DNA of 64,000 nt from Eledone cirrhosa. Taxonomy: Eukaryota. Of the stretch, positions 48,301-63,300 are shown piece after piece (positions within the stretch are counted from its first letter, which is position 1; every line of letters begins with the position of its first letter). The notes under the pieces were generated by a model. That model saw only the letters and a program-made list of their open reading frames with translations. It was not told the DNA's origin and did no database searches. Location: contig OZ024750.1 of NCBI GenBank assembly GCA_964016885.1, forward strand, positions 40,982,001 to 41,046,000. The letters are read 5' to 3'. Position numbers and translations under genes: made by a program.

Positions 48301-51300
48301 TAAGACCTAACCTCAAATTGCTAAGACTGGCAGAGGTGGTAAGACCTAACCTCAAATTGCGAAGACTGGCAGAGTTGGTAAGACCTAACCTCAAATTGCT
48401 AAGACTGGCAGAGGTGATAAGAGCTAACCTCAAATTGCTAAGACTGGCAGATGTGGTAAGACCTAACCTCAATTTGCTAAGACTGGCAGAGGAGGTAAGA
48501 CCTAACCTCAAATTGCTAAGACTGGCAGAAGTGGTAAGACCTAACCTCAAATTGCTAAGACTGGCAGAAGTGGTAAGACCTAACCTCAAATTGCTAAGAC
48601 TGGCAGAGATGGTAAGACCTAACCTCAAATTGCTAACACTGGCAGAGGTGGTAAGACCAAACCTGAAATTGCTAAGACTGGCAGAAGTGATAAGACGAAA
48701 CCTCAAATTGCTAAGACTGGCAGAAGTGGTAAGACCTAACCTCAAATTGTTAAGACTGGCAGAAGTGGTAAGACCTAACCTCAAATTGCTAAGACTGGCA
48801 GAAGTGGTAAGACCTAACCTCAAATTGCTAAGACTGGCAGAAGTGATAAGAGCTAACCTCAAATTGCTAAGACTGGCAGATGTGGTAAGACCTAACCTCA
48901 AATTGTTAAGACTGGCAGAAGTGATAAGACCAAACCTCAAATTGCTAAGACTGGCAGAGGTGGTAAGACCAAACCTCAAATTGCTAAGACTGGCAGAAGT
49001 GGTAAGACCTAACCTCAAATTATTAAGACTGGCAGAAGTGGTAAGACCTAACCTCAAATTGCTAAGACTGGCAGAGGTGGTAAGACCTAACCTCAAATTG
49101 CTAAGACCGGCAAAGGTGGTAAGACCTAACCTCAAATTGCTAAGACCGGCAAAGGTGGTAAGACCTAACCTCAAATTGCTAAGACCGGCAAAGATGGTAA
49201 GACCTAACCTCAAATTACTAAGAGTGGCAGAAGTAATAAGAGCTAACCTCAAATTGCTAAGACTGGCAGAGGTGATAAGAACTAACCTCAAATTGCTAAG
49301 ACTGGCAGATGTGGTAAGACCTAACCTCAATTTGCTAAGACTGGCAGAGGAGGTAAGACCTAACCTCAAATTGCTAAGACTGGCAGAAGTGGTAAGACCT
49401 AACCTCAAATTGTTAAGACTGGCAGAGGTGGTAAGACCAAACCTCAAATTGCTAAGACTGGCAGAGGTGATAAGAGCTAACCTCAAATTGCTAAGACTGG
49501 CAGATGTGGTAAGACCTAACCTCAATTTGCTAAGACTGGCAGAGGAGGTAAGACCTAACCTCAAATTGCTAAGACTGGCAGAAGTGGTAAGACCTAACCT
49601 CAAATTGATAAGACTGGCAGAAGTGGTAAGACCTAAACTCAAATTGCTAAGACTGGCAGAGGTGGTAAGACCTAACCTCAAATTGCTAAGACTGGCAGAG
49701 GTGGTAAGACCTAACCTCAAATTGCTAAGACTGGCAGAGGTGGTAAGACCTAACCTCAAATTGTTAAGACCGGCAGAAGTGATAAGACCAAACCTCAAAT
49801 TGCTAAGACTGGCAGAAGTGGTAAGACCTAACCTCAAATTGTTAAGACTGGCAGAGGTGGTAAGACCTAACCTCAAATTGCTAAGACTGACAGAAGTGGT
49901 AAGACCTAACCTCAAATTGCTAAGACTGGCAGAGGTGGTAAGACCTAACCTCAAATTGCTAAGACTGGCAGAGTTGGTAAGACCTAACCTCAAATTGCTA
50001 AGACCGGCAAAGGTGGTAAGACCTAACCTCAAATTGCTAAGACCGGCAAAGGTGGTAAGACCTAACCTCAAATTGCTAAGACTGGCAGAAGTGGTAAGAC
50101 CTAACCCCATATTGTTAAGACTGGCAGAGGTGGTAAGACCAAACCTCAAATTGCTAAGACTGGCAGAAGTGATAAGACGAAACCTCAAATTGCTAAGACT
50201 GGCAGAAGTGGTAAGACCTAACCTCAACTTGCTAAGACTGGCAGAGGTGGTAAGACCTAACCTTAAATTGCTAAGACTGGCAGAAGTGGTAAGACCTAAC
50301 CTCAAATTGCTAAGACTGGCAGAAGTGGTAAAACCTAACCTCAAATTGCTAAGACTGGCAGAAGTGGTAAGACCTAACCTCAAATTGCTATGACTGACAG
50401 AAGTGGTAAGACCTAACCTCAAATTGCTAAGACTGGCAGAGGTGGTAAGACCTAACCTCAAATTGCTAAGACTGGCAGAGGTGGTAAGACCTAACCTCAA
50501 ATTGCTAAGACTGGCAGAGGTGGTAAGACCTAATCTCAAATTGCTAAGACTGGCAGAGTTGGTAAGACCTAACCTCAAATTGCTAAGACCGGCAAAGGTA
50601 GTAAGACCTAACCTCAAATTGCTAAGACCGGCAAAGGTGGTAAGACCTAACCTCAAATTGCTAAGACTGGCAGAAGTGATAAGAGCTAACCTCAAATTGC
50701 TAAGACTGGCAGCTGTGGTAAGACCTAACCTCAAATTGCTAAGACTGGCAGAGGAGGTAAGACCTAACCTCAAATTGCTAAGACTGGCAGAAGTGGTAAG
50801 ACCTAACATCAAATTGCTAAGACTGGCAGAAGTGGTAAGACCTAACCTCAAATTGCTAAGACTGGCAGAGGTGGTAAGACCTAACCTCAAATTGCTAAGA
50901 CTGGCAGAGGTGGTAAGACCTAACCTCAAATTGTTAAGACTGGCAGAAGTGATAAGACCAAACCTCAAATTACTAAGACTGGCAGAGGTGGTAAGACCTC
51001 ACCTCAAATTGCTAAGACTGACAGAAGTGGTAAGACCTAACCTCAACTTGCTAAGACTGGCACAAGTGGTAAGACCTAACCTCAAATTGCTAAGACTGGC
51101 AGAGGTGGTAAGACCTAACCTCAAATTGCTAAGACTGGCAGAAGTGGTAAGACCTAACCTCAAATTGCTAAGACTGGCTGAAGTCGTAAAACCTAACCTC
51201 AAATTGCTAAGACTGGCCGAGGTGGTAAGACCTAACCTCAAATTGCTAAGACTGACAGAAGTGATAAGACCTAACCTCAAATTGCTAAGACTGGCAGAGG

Positions 51301-54300
51301 TGGTAAGACCTAACCTCAAATTGCTAAGACTGGCAGAGTTGGTAAGACCTAACCTCAAATTGCTAAGACCGGCAAAGGTGGTAAGACCTAACCTCAAATT
51401 GCTAAGACCGGCAAAGGTGGTAAGACCTTACCTCAAATTACTAAGACTGGCAGAAGTGATAAGAGCTAACCTCAAATTGCTAAGACTGTCAGATGTGGTA
51501 AGACCTAACCTCAAATTGCTAAGACTGGCAGAGGAGGTAAGACCTAACCTCAAATTGCTAAGACTGGCAGAAGTGGTAAGACCTAACCTCAAATTGCTAA
51601 GACTGGCAGAAGTGGTAAGACCTAACCTCAAATTGCTAAGACTGGCAGAAGTGATAAGAGCTAACCTCAAATTGCTAAGACTGGCAGAGGTGGTAAGACC
51701 AAACCTCAAATTGCTAAGACTGGCAGAAGTGGTAAGACCTAACTTCAAATTATTAAGACTGGCAGAAGTGGTAAGACCTAACCTCAAATTGCTAAGACTG
51801 GCAGAGGTGGTAAGACCTAACCTCAAATTGCTAAGACTGACAGAAGTGGTAAGACCTAACCTCAAATTGCTAAGACTGTCAGAGGTGGTAAGACCTAACC
51901 TCAAATTGCTAAGACTGGCAGAAGTGGTAAGACCTAACCTCAAATTGCTAAGACTGGCAGAGGTGGTAAGACCTAACATCAAATTGCTAAGACTGACAGA
52001 AGTGGTAAGACCTAACCTCAAATTGCTAAGACTGGCAGAGGTGGTAAGACCTAACCTCAAATTGCTAAGACTGGCAGAGGTGGTAAGACCTAACCTCAAA
52101 TTGCTAAGACTGGCAGAGTTGGTAAGACCTAACCTCAAATTGCTAAGACCGTCAAAGGTAGTAAGACCTAACCTCAAATTGCTAAGACTGGCAGAAGTGA
52201 TAAGAGCTAACCTCAAATTGCTAAGACTGGCAGATGTGGTAAGACCTAACCTCAAATTGCTAAGACTGGCAGAGGAGGTAAGACCTAACCTCAAATTGCT
52301 AAGACTGGCAGAAGTGGTAAGACCTAACCTCAAATTGCTAAGACTGGCAGAAGTGGTAAGACCTAACCTCAAATTGCTAAGACTGGCAGAAGTCGTAAGA
52401 CCTAACCTCAAGTTGCTAAGACTGACAGAAGTGGTAAGACCTAACCTCAAATTGCTAAGACTGGCAGAGGTGGTAAGACCTAACCTCAAATTGCTAAGAC
52501 TGGCAGAGGTGGTAAGACCTAACCTCAACTTGCTAAGACTGGCAGAGGTGGTAAGACCTAACCTAAAATTGCTAAGACTGGCAGAAGTGGTAAGACCTAA
52601 CCTCAAATTGCTAAGACTGGCAGAGGTGGTAAGACCAAACCTCAAATTGCTAAGACCGGCAAAGGTGGTAAGACCTAACCTCAAATTGCTAAGACTGGCA
52701 GAAGTGATAAGACCTAACCTCAAATTGCTAAGACTGACAGAAGTGGTAAGACCTAACCTCAAATTGCTAAGACTGGCAGAGGTGGTAAGACCTAACCTCA
52801 AATTGCTAAGACTGGCAGAGGTGGTAAGACCTAACCTCAAATTGCTAAGACTGGCAGAAGTGATAAGAGCTAACCTCAAATTGCTAAGACTGGCAGAGGT
52901 GGTAAGACCTAACCTCAAATTGCTAAGACTGGCAGAGGTGGTAAGACCTAACCTCAAATTGTTAAGACTGGCAGAAGTGATAAGACCAAACCTCAAATTG
53001 CTAAGACTGGCAGAAGTGGTAAGACCTAACCTCAAATTGTTAAGACTGGCAGAGGTGGTAAGACCTAACCTCAAATTGCTAAGACTGACAGAAGTGGTAA
53101 GACCTAACCTCAAATTGCTAAGACTGGCAGAGGTGGTAAGACCTAACACTCAAATTGCTCAGACTGACAGAAGTGGTAAGATCTAACCTCAAATTGCTAA
53201 GACTGGCAGAGGTGATAAGAGCTAACCTCAAATTGCTAAGACTGGCAGATGTGGTAAGACCTAACCTCAATTTGCTAAGACTGGCAGAGGAGGTAAGATC
53301 TAACCTCAAATTTCTAAGACTGGCAGAAGTGGTAAGACCTAACCTCAAATTGCTAAGACTGGCAGAAGTGGTAAGACCTAACCTCAAATTGCTAAGACTG
53401 GCAGAGGTGGTAAGACCTAACCTCAAATTGCTAAGACTGGCAGAGATGGTAAGACCTAACCTCAAATTGCTAAGACTGGCAGAGGTGGTAAGACCTAACC
53501 TCAAATTGTTAAGACTGGTAGAAGTGATAAGACCAAACCTCAAATTGCTAAGACTGGCAGAAGTGGTAAGACCTAACCTCAAATTGTTAAGAGTGGCAGA
53601 GGTGGTAAGACCTAACCTCAAATTGCTAAGATTGACAGAAGTGGTAAGACCTAACCTCAAATTGCTAAGACTGGCAGAGGTGGTAAGACCTAACCTCAAA
53701 TTGCTAAGACTGGCAGAAGTGGTAAGACCTAACCTCAAATTGCTAAGACTGACAGAAGTGGTAAGATCTAACCTTAAATTGCTAAGACTGGCAGAGGTGG
53801 TAAGACCTAACCTCAAATTGCTAAGACTGGCAAAGTTGGTAAGACCTAACCTCAAATTGCTGAGACCGGCAAAGGTGGTAAGACCTAACCTCAAATTGCT
53901 AAGACCGGCAAATGTGGTAAGACCTAACCTCAAATTGCTAAGACTGGCAGAAGTGGTAAGACCTAACCTCAAATTGTTAAGACTGGCAGAGGTGGTAAGA
54001 CCAAACCTAAAATTGCTAAGACTGGCAGAAGTGATAAGACCAAACCTCAAATTGCTAAGACTGGCAGAAGTGGTAAGACCTAACCTCAAATTGCTAAGAC
54101 TGGTAGAGGGGGTAAGACCTAACCTCAAATTGTTCAGACTGGCAGAAGTGGTAAGACCTAACCTCAAATTGCTAAGACTGGCAGAGGTGGTAAGACCTCA
54201 CCTCAAATTGCTAAGACTGACAGAAGTGGTAAGACCTAACCTCAACTTGCTAAGACTGGCAGAGGTGGTAAGACCTAACCTTAAATTGCTAAGACTGGCA

Positions 54301-57300
54301 GAAGTGGTAAGACCTAACCTCAAATTGCTAAGACTGGCAGAAGTGGTAAAACCTATCCTCAAATTGCTAAGACTGGCAGAAGTGGTAAGACCTAACCTCA
54401 AATTGCTAAGACTGACAGAAGTGGTAAGACCTAACCTCAAATTGCTAAGACTGGCAGAGGTGGTAAGACCTAACCTCAAATTGCTAAGACTGGCAGAGGT
54501 GGTAAGACCTAATCTCAAATTGCTAAGACTGGCAGAGTTGGTAAGACCTAACCTCAAATCGCTAAGACCGGCAAAGGTGGTAAGACCTAACCTCAAATTG
54601 CTAAGACCGGCAAAGGTGGTAAGACCTAACCTCAAATTGCTAAGACTGGCAGAAGTGATAAGAGCTAACCTCAAATTGCTAAGACTGGCAGCTGTGGTAA
54701 GACCTAACCTCAAATTGCTAAGACTGGCAGAGGAGGTAAGACCTAACCTCAAATTGCTAAGACTGGCAGAAGTGGTAAGACCTAACCTCAAATTGCTAAG
54801 ACTGGCAGATGTGGTAAGACCTAACCTCAATTTGCTAAGACTGGCAGAGGAGGTAAGACCTAACCTCAAATTTCTAAGACTGGCAGAAGTGGTAAGACCT
54901 AACCTCAAATTGCTAAGACTGGCAGAAGTGGTAATACCTAACCTCAAATTGCTAAGACTGGCAGAGGTGGTAAGACCTAACCTCAAATTGCTAAGACTGG
55001 CAGAGGTGGTAAGACCTAACCTCAACTTGCTAAGAATGGCAGAGGTGGTAAGACCTAACCTCAAATTGTTAAGAGTGGCAGAAGTGATAAGACCAAACCT
55101 CAAATTGCTAAGACTGGCAGAAGTGGTAAGACCTAACCTCAAATTGTTAAGACTGGCAGAGGTGGTAAGACCTAACCTCAAATTGCTAAGATTGACAGAA
55201 GTGGTAAGACCTAACCTCAAATTGCTAAGACTGGCAGAGGTGGTAAGACCTAACCTCAAATTGCTAAGACTGGCAGAAGTGGTAAGACCTAACCTCAAAT
55301 TGCTAAGACTGACAGAAGTGGTAAGATCTAACCTCAAATTGCTAAGACTGGCAGAGGTGGTAAGACCTAACCTCAAATTGCTAAGACTGGCAGAGTTGGT
55401 AAGACCTAACCTCAAATTGCTAAGACCGGCAAAGGTGGTAAGACCTAACCTCAAACTGCTAAGACCGGCAAAGGTGGTAAGACCTAACCTCAAATTGCTA
55501 AGACTGGCAGAAGTGGTAAGACCTAACCTCAAATTGTTAAGACTGGCAGAAGTGGTAAGACCTAACCTCAAATTGCTAAGACTGGTAGAGGGGGTAAGAC
55601 CTAACCTCAAATTGCTAAGACTGGCAGAAGTGGTAAGACCTAACCTCAAATTGCTAAGACTGGCAGAGATGGTAAGACCTCACCTCAAATTGCTAAGACT
55701 GACAGAAGTGGTAAGACATAACCTCAACTTGCTAAGACTGGCAGAGGTGGTAAGACCTAACCTTAAATTGCTAAGACTGGCAGAAGTGGTAAGACCTAAC
55801 CTCAAATTGCTAAGACTGGCAGAAGTGGTAAAACCTATCCTCAAATTGCTAAGACTGGCAGAAGTGGTAAGACCTAACCTCAAATTGCTAAGACTGACAG
55901 AAGTGGTAAGACCTAACCTCAAATTGTTAAGACTGGCAGAGGTGGTAAGACCTAACCTCAAATTGCTAAGACTGGCAGAGGTGGTAAGACCTAACCTCAA
56001 ATTGCTAAGACTGGCAGAGGTGGTAAGACCTAACCTCAAATTGTTAACACTGGCAGAAGTGATAAGACCAAACCTCAAATTGCTAAGACTGGCAGAGGTG
56101 GTAAGACCTAACCTCAAATTGCTAAGACTGGCAGAGGTGGTAAGACCTAACCTCAAATTGCTAAGACTCGCAGAGGTGGTAAGACCTAACCTCAAATTGT
56201 TAACACTGGCAGAAGTGATAAGACCTAACCTCAAATTGTTAAGACTGGCAGAGGTGGTAAGACCTAACCTCAAATTGCTAAGACTGGCAGAGGTGGTAAG
56301 ACCTAACCTCAAATTGCTAAGACTGGCAGAGTTGGTAAGACCTAACCTCAAATTGCTAAGACCGTCAAAGGTGGTAAGACCTAACCACAAATTGCTAAGA
56401 CTGGCAGAAGTGATAAGAGCTAACCTCAAATTGCTAAGACTGGCAGATGTGGTAAGACCTAACCTCAAATTGCTAAGACTGGCAGAGGAGGTAAGACCTA
56501 ACCTCAAATTGCTAAGAATGGCAGAAGTGGTAAGACCTAACCTCAAATTGCTAAGACTGGCAGAAGTGGTAAGACCTAACCTCAAATTGCTAAGACTGGC
56601 AGAAGTGGTAAGACCTAACCTCAAGTTGCTAAGACTGACAGAAGTGGTAAGACCTGACCTCAAATTGCTAAGACTGGCAGAGGTGGTAAGACCTAACCTC
56701 AAATTGCTAAGACTGGCAGAGGTGGTAAGACCTAACCTCAACTTGCTAAGACTGGCAGAGGTGGTAAGACCTAACCTAAAATTGCTAAGACTGGCAGAAG
56801 TGGTAAGACCTAACCTCAAATTGCTAAGACTGGCAGAGGTGGTAAGACCGAACCTCAAATTGCTAAGACCGGCAAAGGTGGTAAGACCTAACCTCAAATT
56901 GCTAAGACTGGCAGAAGTGATAAGACCTAACCTCAAATTGCTAAGACTGACAGAAGTGGTAAGACCTAACCTCAAATTGCTAAGACTGGCAGAGGTGGTA
57001 AGACCTAACCTCAAATTGCTAAGACTGGCAGAGGTGGTAAGACCTAACCTCAAATTGCTAAGACTGGCAGAAGTGATAAGAGCTAACCTCAAATTGCTAA
57101 GACTGGCAGAGGTGGTAAGACCTAACCTCAAATTGCTAAGACTGGCAGAGGTGGTAAGACCTAACCTCAAATTGTTAAGACTGGCAGAAGTGATAAGACC
57201 AAACCTCAAATTGCTAAGACTGGCAGAAGTGGTAAGACCTAACCTCAAATTGTTAAGACTGGCAGAGGTGGTAAGACCTAACCTCAAATTGCTAAGACTG

Positions 57301-60300
57301 ACAGAAGTGGTAAGACCTAACCTCAAATTGCTAAGACTGGCAGAGGTGGTAAGACCTAACCTCAAATTGCTCAGACTGACAGAAGTGGTAAGATCTAACC
57401 TCAAATTGCTAAGACTGGCAGAGGTGATAAGAGCTAACCTCAAATTGCTAAGACTGGCAGAAGTGGTAAGACCTAACCTCAAATTGCTAAGACTGGTAGA
57501 GGGGGTAAGACCTAACCTCAAATTGCTCAGACTGGCAGAAGTGGTAAGACCTAACCTCAAATTGCTAAGACTGGCAGAGGTGGTAAGACCTCACCTCAAA
57601 TTGCTAAGACTGACAGAAGTGGTAAGACCTAACCTCAACTTGCTAAGACTGGCAGAGGTGGTAAGACCTAACCTTAAATTGCTAAGACTGGCAGAAGTGG
57701 TAAGACCTAACCTCAAATTGCTAAGACTGGCAGAAGTGGTAAAACCTATCCTCAAATTGCTAAGACTGGCAGAAGTGGTAAGACCTAACCTCAAATTGCT
57801 AAGACTGACAGAAGTGGTAAGACCTAACCTCAAATTGCTAAGACTGGCAGAGGTGGTAAGACCTAACCTCAAATTGCTAAGACTGGCAGAGGTGGTAAGA
57901 CCTAATCTCAAATTGCTAAGACTGGCAGAGTTGGTAAGACCTAACCTCAAATCGCTAAGACCGGCAAAGGTGGTAAGACCTAACCTCAAATTGCTAAGAC
58001 CGGCAAAGGTGGTAAGACCTAACCTCAAATTGCTAAGACTGGCAGAAGTGATAAGAGCTAACCTCAAATTGCTAAGACTGGCAGCTGTGGTAAGACCTAA
58101 CCTCAAATTGCTAAGACTGGCAGAGGAGGTAAGACCTAACCTCAAATTGCTAAGACTGACAGAAGTGGTAAGACCTAACCTCAAATTGCTAAGACTGGCA
58201 GAGGTGGTAAGACCTAACCTCAAATTGCTCAGACTGACAGAAGTGGTAAGATCTAACCTCAAATTGCTAAGACTGGCAGAGGTGATAAGAGCTAACCTCA
58301 AATTGCTAAGACTGGCAGATGTGGTAAGACCTAACCTCAATTTGCTAAGACTGGCAGAGGAGGTAAGATCTAACCTCAAATTTCTAAGACTGGCAGAAGT
58401 GGTAAGACCTAACCTCAAATTGCTAAGACTGGCACAAGTGGTAAGACCTAACCCCAAATTGCTAAGACTGGCAGAGGTGGTAAGACCTAACCTCAAATTG
58501 CTAAGACTGGCAGAGGTGGTAAGACCTAACCTCAAATTGCTAAGACTGGCAGAGGTGGTAAGACCTAACCTCAAATTGTTAAGACTGGTAGAAGTGATAA
58601 GACCAAACCTCAAATTGCTAAGACTGGCAGAAGTGGTAAGACCTAACCTCAAATTGTTAAGAGTGGCAGAGGTGGTAAGACCTAACCTCAAATTGCTAAG
58701 ATTGACAGAAGTGGTAAGACCTAACCTCAAATTGCTAAGACTGGCAGAAGTGGTAAGACCTAACCTCAAATTGCTAAGACCGGCAAAGGTGGTAAGACAT
58801 AACCTCAAATTGCTAAGACTGGCAGAAGTGATAAGAGCTAACCTCAAATTGCTAAGACTGGCAGCTGTGGTAAGACCTAACCTCAAATTGCTAAGACTGG
58901 CAGAGGATGTAAGACCTAACCTCAAATTGCTAAGACTGGCAGAAGTGGTAAGACCTAACCTCAAATTGCTAAGACTGGCAGAAGTGGTAAGACCTAACCT
59001 CAAATTGCTAAGACTGGCAGATGTGGTAAGACCTAACCTCAATTTGCTAAGACTGGCAGAGGAGGTAAGACCTAACCTCAAATTTCTAAGACTGGCAGAA
59101 GTGGTAAGACCTAACCTCAAATTGCTAAGACTGGCAGAAGTGGTAAGACCTAACCTCAAATTGCTAAGACTGGCAGAGGTGGTAAGACCTAACCTCAAAT
59201 TGCTAAGACTGGCAGAGGTGGTAAGACCTAACCTCAAATTGCTAAGAATGGCAGAGGTGGTAAGACCTAACCTCAAATTGTTAAGAGTGGCAGAAGTGAT
59301 AAGACCAAACCTCAAATTGCTAAGACTGGCAGAAGTGGTAAGACCTAACCTCAAATTGTTAAGACTGGCAGAGGTGGTAAGACCTAACCTCAAATTGCTC
59401 AGACTGACAGAAGTGGTAAGATCTAACCTCAAATTGCTAAGACTGGCAGAGGTGATAAGAGCTAACCTCAAATTGCTAAGACTGGCAGATGTGGTAAGAC
59501 CTAACCTCAATTTGCTAAGACTGGCAGAGGAGGTAAGATCTAACCTCAAATTTCTAAGACTGGCAGAAGTGGTAAGACCTAACCTCAAATTGCTAAGACT
59601 GGCAGAAGTGGTAAGACCTAACCCCAAATTGCTAAGACTGGCAGAGGTGGTAAGACCTAACCTCAAATTGCTAAGACTGGCAGAGGTGGTAAGACCTAAC
59701 CTCAAATTGCTAAGACTGGCAGAGGTGGTAAGACCTAACCTCAAATTGTTAAGACTGGTAGAAGTGATAAGACCAAACCTCAAATTGCTAAGACTGGCAG
59801 AAGTGGTAAGACCTAACCTCAAATTGTTAAGAGTGGCAGAGGTGGTAAGACCTAACCTCAAATTGCTAAGATTGACAGAAGTGATAAGACCTAACCTCAA
59901 ATTGCTAAGACTGGCAGAAGTGGTAAGACCTAACCTCAAATTGCTAAGACCGGCAAAGGTGGTAAGACATAACCTCAAATTGCTAAGACTGGCAGAAGTG
60001 ATAAGAGCTAACCTCAAATTGCTAAGACTGGCAGCTGTGGTAAGACCTAACCTCAAATTGCTAAGACTGGCAGAGGAGGTAAGACCTAACCTCAAATTGC
60101 TAAGACTGGCAGAAGTGGTAAGACCTAACCTCAAATTGCTAAGACTGGCAGAAGTGGTAAGACCTAACCTCAAATTGCTAAGACTGGCAGATGTGGTAAG
60201 ACCTAACCTCAATTTGCTAAGACTGGCAGAGGAGGTAAGACCTAACCTCAAATTTCTAAGACTGGCAGAAGTGGTAAGACCTAACCTCAAATTGCTAAGA

Positions 60301-63300
60301 CTGGCAGAAGTGGTAAGACCTAACCTCAAATTGCTAAGACTGGCAGAGGTGGTAAGACCTAACCTCAAATTGCTAAGACTGGCAGAGGTGGTAAGACCTA
60401 ACCTCAAATTGCTAAGAGTGGCAGAGGTGGTAAGACCTAACCTCAAATTGTTAAGAGTGGCAGAAGTGATAAGACCAAACCTCAAATTGCTAAGAGTGGC
60501 AGAAGTGGTAAGACCTAACCTCAAATTGTTAAGACTGGCAGAGGTGGTAAGACCTAACCTCAAATTGCTAAGATTGACAGAAGTGGTAAGACCTAACCTC
60601 AAATTGCTAAGACTGGCAGAGGTGGTAAGACCTAACCTCAAATTGCTAAGACTGGCAGAAGTGGTAAGACCTAACCTCAAATTGCTAAGACTGACAGAAG
60701 TGGTAAGATCTAACCTCAAATTGCTAAGACTGGCAGAGGTGGTAAGACCTAACCTCAAATTGCTAAGACTGGCAGAGTTGGTAAGACCTAACCTCAAATT
60801 GCTAAGACCGGCAAAGGTGGTAAGACCTAACCTCAAACTGCTAAGACCGGCAAAGGTGGTAAGACCTAACCTCAAATTGCTAAGACTGGCAGAAGTGGTA
60901 AGACCTAACCTCAAATTGTTAAGACTGGCAGAAGTGGTAAGACCTAACCTCAAATTGCTAAGACTGGTAGAGGGGGTAAGACCTAACCTCAAATTGCTAA
61001 GACTGGCAGAAGTGGTAAGACCTAACCTCAAATTGCTAAGACTGGCAGAGATGGTAAGACCTCACCTCAAATTGCTAAGACTGACAGAAGTGGTAAGACC
61101 TAACCTCAACTTGCTAAGACTGGCAGAGGTGGTAAGACCTAACCTTAAATTGCTAAGACTGGCAGAAGTGGTAAGACCTAACCTCAAATTGCTAAGACTG
61201 GCAGAAGTGGTAAAACCTATCCTCAAATTGCTAAGACTGGCAGAAGTGGTAAGACCTAACCTCAAATTGCTAAGACTGACAGAAGTGGTAAGACCTAACC
61301 TCAAATTGTTAAGACTGGCAGAGGTGGTAAGACCTAACCTCAAATTGCTAAGACTGGCAGAGGTGGTACGACCTAACCTCAAATTGCTAAGACTGGCAGA
61401 GGTGGTAAGACCTAACCTCAAATTGTTAACACTGGCAGAAGTGATAAGACCAAACCTCAAATTGCTAAGACTGGCAGAAGTGGTAAGACCTAACCTCAAA
61501 TTGTTAAGACTGGCAGAAGTGGTAAGACCTAACCTCAAATTGTTAAGACTGGCAGAGGTGGTAAGACCTAACCTCAAATTGCTAAGACTGGCAGAGGTGG
61601 TAAGACCTAACCTCAAATTGCTAAGACTGGCAGAGTTGGTAAGACCTAACCTCAAATTGCTAAGACCGTCAAAGGTGGTAAGACCTAACCTCAAATTGCT
61701 AAGACTGGCAGAAGTGATAAGAGCTAACCTCAAATTGCTAAGACTGGCAGATGTGGTAAGACCTAACCTCAAATTGCTAAGACTGGCAGAGGAGGTAAGA
61801 CCTAACCTCAAATTGCTAAGAATGGCAGAAGTGGTAAGACCTAACCTCAAATTGCTAAGACTGGCAGAAGTGGTAAGACCTAACCTCAAGTTGCTAAGAC
61901 TGACAGAAGTGGTAAGACCTTACCTCAAATTGCTAAGACTGGCAGAGGTGGTAAGACCTAACCTCAAATTGCTAAGACTGGCAGAGGTGGTAAGACCTAA
62001 CCTCAACTTGCTAAGACTGGCAGAGGTGGTAAGACCTAACCTAAAATTGCTAAGACTGGCAGAAGTGGTAAGACCTAACCTCAAATTGCTAAGACTGGCA
62101 GAGGTGGTAAGACCGAACCTCAAATTGCTAAGACCGGCAAAGGTGGTAAGACCTAACCTCAAATTGCTAAGACTGGCAGAAGTGATAAGACCTAACCTCA
62201 AATTGCTAAGACTGACAGAAGTGGTAAGACCTAACCTCAAATTGCTAAGACTGGCAGAGGTGGTAAGACCTAACCTCAAATTGCTAAGACTGGCAGAGGT
62301 GGTAAGACCTAACCTCAAATTGCTAAGACTGGCAGAAGTGATAAGAGCTAACCTCAAATTGCTAAGACTGGCAGAGGTGGTAAGACCTAACCTCAAATTG
62401 CTAAGACTGGCAGAGGTGGTAAGACCTAACCTCAAATTGTTAAGACTGGCAGAAGTGATAAGACCAAATCTCAAATTGCTAAGACTGGCAGAAGTGGTAA
62501 GACCTAACCTCAAATTGTTAAGACTGGCAGAGGTGGTAAGACCTAACCTCAAATTGCTAAGACTGACAGAAGTGGTAAGACCTAACCTCAAATTGCTAAG
62601 ACTGGCAGAGGTGGTAAGACCTAACCTCAAATTGCTCAGACTGACAGAAGTGGTAAGATCTAACCTCAAATTGCTAAGACTGGCAGAGGTGATAAGAGCT
62701 AACCTCAAATTGCTAAGACTGGCAGATGTGGTAAGACCTAACCTCAATTTGCTAAGACTGGCAGAGGAGGTAAGATCTAACCTCAAATTTCTAAGACTGG
62801 CAGAAGTGGTAAGACCTAACCTCAAATTGCTAAGACTGGCAGAAGTGGTAAGACCTAACCCCAAATTGCTAAGACTGGCAGAGGTGGTAAGACCTAACCT
62901 CAAATTGCTAAGACTGGCAGAGGTGGTAAGACCTAACCTCAAATTGCTAAGACTGGCAGAGGTGGTAAGACCTAACCTCAAATTGTTAAGACTGGTAGAA
63001 GTGATAAGACCAAACCTCAAATTGCTAAGACTGGCAGAAGTGGTAAGACCTAACCTCAAATTGTTAAGAGTGGCAGAGGTGGTAAGACCTAACCTCAAAT
63101 TGCTAAGATTGACAGAAGTGATAAGACCTAACCTCAAATTGCTAAGACTGGCAGAAGTGGTAAGACCTAACCTCAAATTGCTAAGACCGGCAAAGGTGGT
63201 AAGACATAACCTCAAATTGCTAAGACTGGCAGAAGTGATAAGAGCTAACCTCAAATTGCTAAGACTGGCAGCTGTGGTAAGACCTAACCTCAAATTGCTA

